NCBI GenBank assembly: GCA_964500995.1
Contig: CAZCRC010000002.1
Location: forward strand, 1 to 35,197
Source of the DNA: an uncultured Actinomycetes bacterium
GTDB taxonomy: Bacteria; Actinomycetota; Actinomycetes; S36-B12; GCA-2699445
Length of the DNA: 35,197 nt
Reading direction: 5' to 3'
The notes beneath the pieces were generated by a model. That model saw only the letters and a program-made list of their open reading frames with translations, was not told the origin of the DNA and searched no databases. Below are positions 29,186 through 35,197 of the stretch, in pieces. The position numbers and the translations under genes were made by a program. The stretch's first letter is position 1. The number at the start of each line of letters is the position of its first letter.

Positions 29186-29311
29186 TTCGGACTCATCGGA
29201 GCGACGTTGGGTGACCTGAAGCAAGGTGACCCAGATGGACCGCGCTGGGCTGCCGTTGTGGCCTGCCCTCGGAGCGTGCAGAAGCGTAAACTGGAGGTGG
29301 AGGCGGTCATC

Positions 29312-29773
29312 ATGACAACGTCACTCACACCCTCAGCGCCCTCCTTGCTTGCCGCTGCGGCGCTGCCTGGCCCCCTGTGGCGGGCAGTGGTAGCGACCGT
29401 CACCGGCATCGTGGCAATCGGCGCCTATTACGGCACCTGGTACCTCACCGAAGAGATTGCCGCCGACCAGTTGCCGGTGAGCCCGCCGGAGTTCCTGCCC
29501 GGCGACTCCTGGGTCTTCGGGGCGTTGTCACTGCTGGGTCTCGTGGCTGCGCCGATGTCCATCGCTTTCCTGACAGCGGTGTTCGGACACTCTGCCGCCG
29601 CTCCTGCGGCACTCGTGTCGGGGGCATTGCTGATGGGATGGATCGTGGTCCAAGTCGTGCTGATCGGGTTCGTGTTCTGGTTGCAGCCGGCGATGTTCGT
29701 GGTCGGCGCGGTGGTGTTCGCCTTGGGGTTTGCTGCCTACCACCCTGCGACGGCTGACGCGGTGCGCAAGTGA
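29312..29773 (+). CDS. Hypothetical integral membrane protein (4 TM)
   Basis: The ATG at 29312 follows GGAGGTGGAGG. It is 153 aa with four hydrophobic helices. No family recognised. Confidence 0.55.
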   Translation: MTTSLTPSAPSLLAAAALPGPLWRAVVATVTGIVAIGAYYGTWYLTEEIAADQLPVSPPEFLPGDSWVFGALSLLGLVAAPMSIAFLTAVFGHSAAAPAALVSGALLMGWIVVQVVLIGFVFWLQPAMFVVGAVVFALGFAAYHPATADAVRK

Positions 29774-29781
29774 CCGTCCCT

Positions 29782-30459
29782 TCAGGCCGGGATTCCTCCG
29801 CCGGTCCCTGACTCGGGTTCCTCGTCGCGGAAGATCTCGTCCACCTGCCAGGTGATCGTCGGCAGTGGCGGGAAAGGGATGGCTGCGCGCACCTGTTGCT
29901 CCGCGGTGAGCCATGTGGGTTCGATGCGGTTGTCGTCCCCGAACAGGGTGAGGGGTTCGGTCGATCCGCGATCCAGGTAATCCACCCACGCTTGGTTGTG
30001 AGCCAGGTAGGCCCGTTGGGCCTCGATCAGTTCGGTGTGCCACGGCAGGAAGGTCACTGCGGCGACCTCATCACCGGCCAGCGCCACGTCATCCCGGCCT
30101 TGGGCGCTGGCGGTTTCCAACTCCTCTTGCGCCCGTTGCTCCTGGGCATCGCTCGGGTCCTCGGGCAGTTCCACCGAAGCGATGTCGTCCTTCGCGGCGC
30201 CCATGGCGGCCTCTGACACCTCGATCTGGCTCAGGAGTCGGTTCATCTCGGCCGTGCGCGTGGCCCAGTCACCGATCAGGCCGATCACGCCGACGACCAT
30301 GAGGCCGATACTGAACCAGAACAGCACCTTCGGCCATACCCGCGTCTCGTCGGCAGCAACAGCAACGGGAGATCCGGTGGGCGGCGGGAACTGCGCACCG
30401 GGATCGGGGGTGGGGGCACTCACAGAGCCATTGTGGGCGATCCGGCCAGGCGTCGACAC
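29782..30459 (-). CDS. Membrane-anchored hypothetical protein (single TM, acidic extracytoplasmic domain)
   Basis: GTG start at 30459, 225 aa. It has a Pro-rich N-terminus, a TM (VLFWFSIGLMVVGVIGLIG) and a helical acidic domain. It lies immediately downstream of mrp on the same strand (5-nt gap). Confidence 0.55.
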   Translation of the reverse strand: MSTPGRIAHNGSVSAPTPDPGAQFPPPTGSPVAVAADETRVWPKVLFWFSIGLMVVGVIGLIGDWATRTAEMNRLLSQIEVSEAAMGAAKDDIASVELPEDPSDAQEQRAQEELETASAQGRDDVALAGDEVAAVTFLPWHTELIEAQRAYLAHNQAWVDYLDRGSTEPLTLFGDDNRIEPTWLTAEQQVRAAIPFPPLPTITWQVDEIFRDEEPESGTGGGIPA

Positions 30460-30464
30460 CGGAC

Positions 30465-31601
30465 TCAGCGGCCCGCGGGAGTCACACCCAGGTTCAGGCC
30501 CGCGAGCCCCCGCTTCCGGGCAGCCAAGTTGGCCGCGATCGCGTCGATGGCGGCCCCGGCGGCGGACTGCGGGTCAGTGATGGCCAAGGGCTGCCCGTCG
30601 TCGCCGCCTTCTCGAAGGCGGGTGTCGAACGGGACGCGTCCCAGTACCGGCACCTCGGTGCCCAAGGCCTGGGTCAAGGTCGCCGCGACAGTATCTGCCC
30701 CGCCGTGGCCGAACATGTCGATCGGTTCCCCGCAGTGGGGGCAACCGAAGGCGCTCATGTTCTCGATGACTCCTGCGACCTTCTGCTTGGTCTGCACGGC
30801 GAGCATTCCGGCGCGAACGGCCACCTCGGCGGCTGCTTGCTGCGGCGTCGTGACGACGATGAGTTCGCTGTTGGGCAGCAGTTGCACGGACGAGATCGCC
30901 ACATCACCGGTGCCGGGTGGCAGGTCCAGCAGCAGGACGTCCAGATCGCCCCACCACACATCCGTCAGGAACTGCTCCAACGCCCGGTGCAGCATCGGGC
31001 CGCGGAAGGCGACGGGTTCCGCGGAGCCGCCCGGCTTGAACGGCAGCATCGAGATTGCCCGCACACCGTGCTTCTCGGGGGGCAATAGCATCCCGTCGAC
31101 CACGGTGGGCGCGCGGTCCAGACCCAGCATCCGCGGGACGGAGTGGCCGTAGATGTCGGCGTCCAACAGCCCGACCGACAACCCCCGGGCGGCCATCGCG
31201 GCGGCCAGATTGACCGTGAGGGATGACTTGCCGACACCGCCCTTGCCCGAGGCGACGGCGAAGATCTTGGTCAAGTTGCCGGCACGGTTGAACGTGATCT
31301 CGCGGGTGGGGCCGCGCAGCGATTCACGCATCGCCTTTCGCTGCTCGTCGGACATGACGCCGAGTTCGACCCGCACCCCCGTGACTCCAGCGACGGCGTT
31401 GACCGCCCGCGTCACCCGATCCACGATCTCCGTACGCATGGGACATCCGCTGACGGTCAGCAGGACGGTCACGCTGACGGCGCCATCGGGGGAGATGTCG
31501 ACGGTGTCGACCATGCCCAGCTCGGTGATCGGGCGTCGGATCTCGGGATCGTCGACCGTGGCCAGCGCGGCCTGGACCGCGTCAGAAGTAACGGGAGTCA
31601 T
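30465..31601 (-). CDS. mrp: Fe-S cluster carrier ATPase Mrp/ApbC/NBP35 family
   Basis: It has an N-terminal DUF59/MIP18 domain (VDDPEIRRPITELGMV), the P-loop SGKGGVGKSS, and a CxxC (FGCPHCGEP). The ATG at 31601 overlaps the upstream stop (ATGA). Confidence 0.9.
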   Translation of the reverse strand: MTPVTSDAVQAALATVDDPEIRRPITELGMVDTVDISPDGAVSVTVLLTVSGCPMRTEIVDRVTRAVNAVAGVTGVRVELGVMSDEQRKAMRESLRGPTREITFNRAGNLTKIFAVASGKGGVGKSSLTVNLAAAMAARGLSVGLLDADIYGHSVPRMLGLDRAPTVVDGMLLPPEKHGVRAISMLPFKPGGSAEPVAFRGPMLHRALEQFLTDVWWGDLDVLLLDLPPGTGDVAISSVQLLPNSELIVVTTPQQAAAEVAVRAGMLAVQTKQKVAGVIENMSAFGCPHCGEPIDMFGHGGADTVAATLTQALGTEVPVLGRVPFDTRLREGGDDGQPLAITDPQSAAGAAIDAIAANLAARKRGLAGLNLGVTPAGR

Positions 31602-33364
31602 GCGTTCAGGTTACGGGCACCTGCTGCTCTGGGCCGAACGGACAACGGGGCCGAGGGGGCAGGCACCAGGGGGGCGTCGTCGGACTCCGTCGGAACGCCT
31701 ACGACGCGCAGGAGTTCGTCAGGGGTCGTCACTCCGGTTTCCACCAGGCGGACCCCCTGGTGGTACAGGGGGCGCCAGCCCTGTTCCTTCGCGGCAGCCC
31801 GCAAAACCCCCTCGTCAGCACTGGCGGCGATCGCGTCCCGCAGTTTAGGGGTGATCGTGAGGATGTCGAAGATACCGATCCGACCTCGGTACCCCGTGTA
31901 GTCGCAGGCGGCGCACCCAGACCCGGCGAGCCAGCCGTGCGATCTTTTCGGGTCGATTCCCAGCAGTCCGCTGAGTTGGGGGTCGGGTTGGGCGGGAACC
32001 ACGCAGAATGAGCAGTTGCGCCGGATCAGCCGTTGGCTGACCACCAGGTTCAGCGAGGCTGCGACCAGGTAGGGCGGCAGGCCGAGATCCAGCAGGCGGA
32101 CCACGGACCCGGGTGCATCAAGGGTGTGCAACGTGGACATCACCATGTGACCCGTCAGGGCCGCACGAAGCGCCAGGTTGCCGGTGGCGGCGTCACGGAT
32201 CTCGCCGACCATCAGCAGATCGGGGTCTTGGCGCAGCGCAGCCCGAAGCGTGTTGTCGAAAGTGAGGCCCACCGATTCGTTGATCTGCACCTGGGTGATA
32301 CCCGTGATCTCGACCTCGACCGGGTCCTCAATCGTGATCACGTTGCGCTCGTTGTCCATCGTGTCGACGAGCCCGGCGTACAGCGTGTTCGACTTCCCCG
32401 ACCCGGTGGGTCCGGTCACCAACACCAACCCCTGCGGCTGGGTCAGGACCCCACGCAGCAATGTCACCTGGTCCGGCGTCAGCCCGAGCTCGGGCAGGGA
32501 GGGCAGACGGTCAGCAGTCGGCAGCAACCGCATCACGATCTTCTCGCCGTGGATTGAGGGCAGCGTGGACACACGGATGTCACGGTCGTGGTCCTGAATC
32601 CGCAGCCTGGTGCGACCGTCCTGGGGGACCCGCCGGTCGAACACGTTCAGTCCCGAGATGATCTTGATGCGAGCAGTGATCGACGAGAGGCTGGCTGCCG
32701 GCAGTTTCATCAGGTCACGCAGGATCCCGTCGACGCGGATCCGCACCCGGATCGAGTTGGACTGTGGCTCGATATGGATGTCGCTGGCGCCGTGGTTGGC
32801 GGCGGTCTGCAGCAACTGCGAGACCAGCGCGGCGGCGCCCTCATCGCTCTCGGTGTCCGCATCGAGTGGAACCGAACTGGTGGTGGGAGCCTGGTCCGCC
32901 ATCTTTGCGATGACCCGGCGGTGCCGTTCGTCACCCCACGCGCTGGTGAGCAGTCGACGGATTTGCTCGCCCGGCGCGACCACGGTGACGAGGTGGTGAT
33001 GGGGTAGTCGGCGACGCAGGTCGTCCAAGGCGAAAACGTCGACAGGGTCGGCGACTGCCACTGTCATGTGGTCATCGCCTGACTCGATCGGAACCATCAG
33101 GTGCCGTTCCGCGCAGGCTTGGTCCAAGCTGCGCGCGACCCCTGGGTCCACCTCGATCAGGTCCAGATTCACACTGCTCATGCCGTGGGTCTGGGCCAGG
33201 GCAGCTGCCAGGGTTCCCTCGTCGATCACGCCCTCTTGCACCAGGATGCGTCCGAGCCGAAGGCGCTGCGGATCGCTCTCCTGTCGGGCCAGGGCGGCCT
33301 GGATCTGCTCGGGCGTGGCGTAGCCCTGTTCGACGAGCAGATCACCGAGGTGCTGACGGATCAT
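31598..33364 (-). CDS. GspE/PilB/MshE-family secretion ATPase with N-terminal MshEN-like domain
   Basis: The ATG at 33364 is preceded by AAGGAGA at 6 nt. It has Walker A (GPTGSGKS), an Asp box (VITIEDPVE), Walker B (DPDLLMVGEIRD), a His box (TGHMVMSTLHT) and a tetra-Cys motif (CSFC...CAAC). The N-terminus carries two RLGxxLLxxGxIxxxxLxxxL-type repeats. Confidence 0.88.
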   Translation of the reverse strand: MIRQHLGDLLVEQGYATPEQIQAALARQESDPQRLRLGRILVQEGVIDEGTLAAALAQTHGMSSVNLDLIEVDPGVARSLDQACAERHLMVPIESGDDHMTVAVADPVDVFALDDLRRRLPHHHLVTVVAPGEQIRRLLTSAWGDERHRRVIAKMADQAPTTSSVPLDADTESDEGAAALVSQLLQTAANHGASDIHIEPQSNSIRVRIRVDGILRDLMKLPAASLSSITARIKIISGLNVFDRRVPQDGRTRLRIQDHDRDIRVSTLPSIHGEKIVMRLLPTADRLPSLPELGLTPDQVTLLRGVLTQPQGLVLVTGPTGSGKSNTLYAGLVDTMDNERNVITIEDPVEVEITGITQVQINESVGLTFDNTLRAALRQDPDLLMVGEIRDAATGNLALRAALTGHMVMSTLHTLDAPGSVVRLLDLGLPPYLVAASLNLVVSQRLIRRNCSFCVVPAQPDPQLSGLLGIDPKRSHGWLAGSGCAACDYTGYRGRIGIFDILTITPKLRDAIAASADEGVLRAAAKEQGWRPLYHQGVRLVETGVTTPDELLRVVGVPTESDDAPLVPAPSAPLSVRPRAAGARNLNA

Positions 33365-33878
33365 CGTTGGTCTCCTTGATCCGTTCTTCGATCAATTCGG
33401 CCAGATCCTTGAGTTCGCCACGCATATAGTCGCGCGTCGCGACCTCGCCGAGGGCGATGCGGAGGGCCGCGATCTCCCTCATGAGGTACTCGGTGTCAGC
33501 GATGAGGCGGTCCGTGCGGTCGCGGTCCTCCTGGTATTGCACCCGGTCGCGGTCGTCCTGACGGTTCTGCGCCAACAGGATCAGCGGTGCGGCGTACGAG
33601 GCCTGCAGGGACAGCAGCAGGGTCAGGAAGATGAACGGGAACGGATCGACGAGCCAGGCTCCGGTCCACGCTCCCCACAGGTTCAACCCGACCCAGGCGA
33701 TGATCAGGATCGTCATCCACGCGATGAACTTCCACGACCCGATGTACCGGGCGACGCGCTCGCTGATCCGTCCGAACGTCTCGGGGTCGTAGCTGGGACG
33801 CAGGTTCGGTCCCCGCGTCGGGTTGAGTGGCTCGTCCAATCCGGTCGACCGGCGGGCGGCTTTGGGTCGCTCAGCCAT
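33342..33878 (-). CDS. DUF1003 domain-containing membrane protein
   Basis: It carries the signature GSWKFIAWMTILIIAWVGLN...DPFPFIFLTLLLSLQASYAAPLILLAQNRQDDRDR, followed by a coiled-coil tail. The ATG at 33878 overlaps the upstream stop by 8 nt. Confidence 0.85.
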   Translation of the reverse strand: MAERPKAARRSTGLDEPLNPTRGPNLRPSYDPETFGRISERVARYIGSWKFIAWMTILIIAWVGLNLWGAWTGAWLVDPFPFIFLTLLLSLQASYAAPLILLAQNRQDDRDRVQYQEDRDRTDRLIADTEYLMREIAALRIALGEVATRDYMRGELKDLAELIEERIKETNDDPSAPR

Positions 33879-35142
33879 CGGTCACCTCCGGTGGGCCGTA
33901 GGAGTCTTCTTCCTCCTCGCGCCAGTCCTCGGGCAGCATGTGATCGAGCAGGTCGTCCACTGTCACCGCGCCGAGCAGATGATCATTCTCGTCGATCACG
34001 GGCACCGCGACCAGGTTGTAGGTGGCGAAGTACCGCGCCACCTGACCGAGGACGGTTTCGGGGGGAATCGCCTCCAGTTCCTGGTCCACGATGCTGGCCA
34101 CCAGCGCTGACGGCGGCTCACGCAACAGGGCCTGAAAGTGCGCCGTGCCCAGGTAGCGACCAGTCGGGCTCTCCAGTGGCGGTCGCACGACGTAGACCTG
34201 CGATGCCAGCGCGGGGGACAGTTCCGTGGACCGTACGAGTGCCAGTGCCTCGGCCACTGTCGCGCCTGGGGGCAGGATCACCGGTTCGGTGGTCATCATG
34301 CCGCCAGCGGTGTCGTCGGCGTAGGTGAGGAGCCGGCGGATGTCCTCGGCGTCCTCCGGCTCCATGCGCTGCAGTAGCAGAGCAGCGAGTTGCGGCTCCA
34401 GTTCACTGATCAGGTCGGTGGCGTCATCCGGGGACATCTCCTCGAGCACATCGGCGGCCCGCTCCAGGTCAAGCCCCGACAGGATCTCGACCTGGTCGTC
34501 CTCTGGGAGTTCTTCCAGCACCTCGGCCAGTCGGCTGTCCTCCATGGATGCTGCGATCTGGGCCCGTCGGCCCGGACTCACGTCGCGCAGCATGTTCGCG
34601 ATGTCCGCGGGTTTGAGGGAGTCCATCTGCTGCAGGATCTCGTCCGCGCCTTGTCCGTCGTTGTGCTCACGCATGCCGAGGACGTCGTCCCAGTGGACGA
34701 TGAACGTCTCGCCCCGGCGGCGGAAGCCACCACCGCCGCGTTTGACGAACAAGCGAGTGACGTCCCAGTCCCGAGCCCGGTTCTGCTCGATCCCCGCGTC
34801 CTTGATCGAGACCGCCGCACCGTCCTCTTTGAGCGTGACGGTGCGGTCGAGGAGTTCGCCGAGCACGAGTGTCTCGGACTGCCGCTTCTCGAACCGGCGC
34901 AGGTTGACAAGACCGCTGACGACGACCTGCTTGGCGTCGAACGAGCGGACCCGGCCGATGGGGAGGAAGATGCGGCGCCGCGGCGGGACCTCGACGATCA
35001 GCCCCAGGACTCGTGGCGGTTTGGCACCGGTCAACAGGGAGATCACGAAGTCGCGAACCTTGCCCACCTGATCGCCGTTGGGATCGAAGACGGGCACACC
35101 TGCCAGTCGCGCCACGAAGACGCGGGTCGCCGATCCGCTCAC
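33871..35142 (-). CDS. Soluble MgtE N-terminal domain + CBS-pair protein with PRC-barrel-like N-terminus (no MgtE channel domain)
   Basis: GTG start at 35142. It has an acidic helical MgtE_N region (LEELPEDDQVEILSGLDLERAADVLEEMSPDDATDLISEL). This is followed by a CBS pair (MMTTEPVILPP..., LVAVPVIDENDHLLGAVTVDDLL). The ORF ends without any TM segment. Confidence 0.82.
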   Translation of the reverse strand: MSGSATRVFVARLAGVPVFDPNGDQVGKVRDFVISLLTGAKPPRVLGLIVEVPPRRRIFLPIGRVRSFDAKQVVVSGLVNLRRFEKRQSETLVLGELLDRTVTLKEDGAAVSIKDAGIEQNRARDWDVTRLFVKRGGGGFRRRGETFIVHWDDVLGMREHNDGQGADEILQQMDSLKPADIANMLRDVSPGRRAQIAASMEDSRLAEVLEELPEDDQVEILSGLDLERAADVLEEMSPDDATDLISELEPQLAALLLQRMEPEDAEDIRRLLTYADDTAGGMMTTEPVILPPGATVAEALALVRSTELSPALASQVYVVRPPLESPTGRYLGTAHFQALLREPPSALVASIVDQELEAIPPETVLGQVARYFATYNLVAVPVIDENDHLLGAVTVDDLLDHMLPEDWREEEEDSYGPPEVTDG

Positions 35143-35197
35143 GGTCCGACCATAGCCGCAAACGAGCGATCCCTCGGCTACTGTGCGCCACCGTGAT

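Noticed and set aside
29210-29231. Direct repeat GGTGACC-N8-GGTGACC in the divergent region between the secreted-protein gene and the 4-TM membrane-protein gene.
   Set aside because: Two copies of only 7 bp are easily expected by chance in GC-rich DNA, and there is no supporting context.

Overview
This is a high-GC (about 68-70% by eye) actinobacterial chromosomal window. It is densely coding, with many 1-8 nt start/stop overlaps. mshA indicates a mycothiol-producing Actinomycetota, and a Propionibacteriales-like organism is only a guess. The content is almost all core housekeeping, in blocks whose order I recall from Mycobacterium tuberculosis (recalled from memory, to be verified). These are rlmB-cysS-ispF-ispD-(PIN/TRAM)-carD, regX3-senX3 / phoU / mshA-YbjN-like-gpmA, citA / serC, and Mrp-DUF1003-MgtE_N/CBS. 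I call 43 CDS, one tRNA-Thr(TGT), one probable gene relic and a few candidate regulatory sites. I see no rRNA, CRISPR array, IS/transposase, integrase, prophage or recognisable biosynthetic or defence island. I could not identify a clearly novel multi-gene system. The best candidates for a second look are listed here.

1. An orphan MshE/GspE-type secretion ATPase with tandem MshEN-like (c-di-GMP-binding type) motifs. It is translationally wedged between DUF1003 and mrp and has no pilus or T2SS partner genes in the window.
2. A tightly packed four-gene membrane operon (23825-27383). Its centre is a 629-aa protein with a Vps62/DUF946-like ectodomain fused to a polytopic C-terminal domain.
3. A soluble MgtE_N+CBS protein coupled to the DUF1003 membrane protein, which looks like a split MgtE.
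4. A type-Ib-like ParA plus RHH-tailed basic protein, translationally coupled to pdxH.
5. An ideR / atypical CsoR-family (Cu-ligand His replaced by Gly) / Cys-rich DUF3027 coupled triad.

Many long Arg/Pro/Gly-rich ORFs in the six-frame track are antisense or out-of-frame artefacts of high GC and were rejected. All family assignments come from motif recognition by eye. No searches were run.
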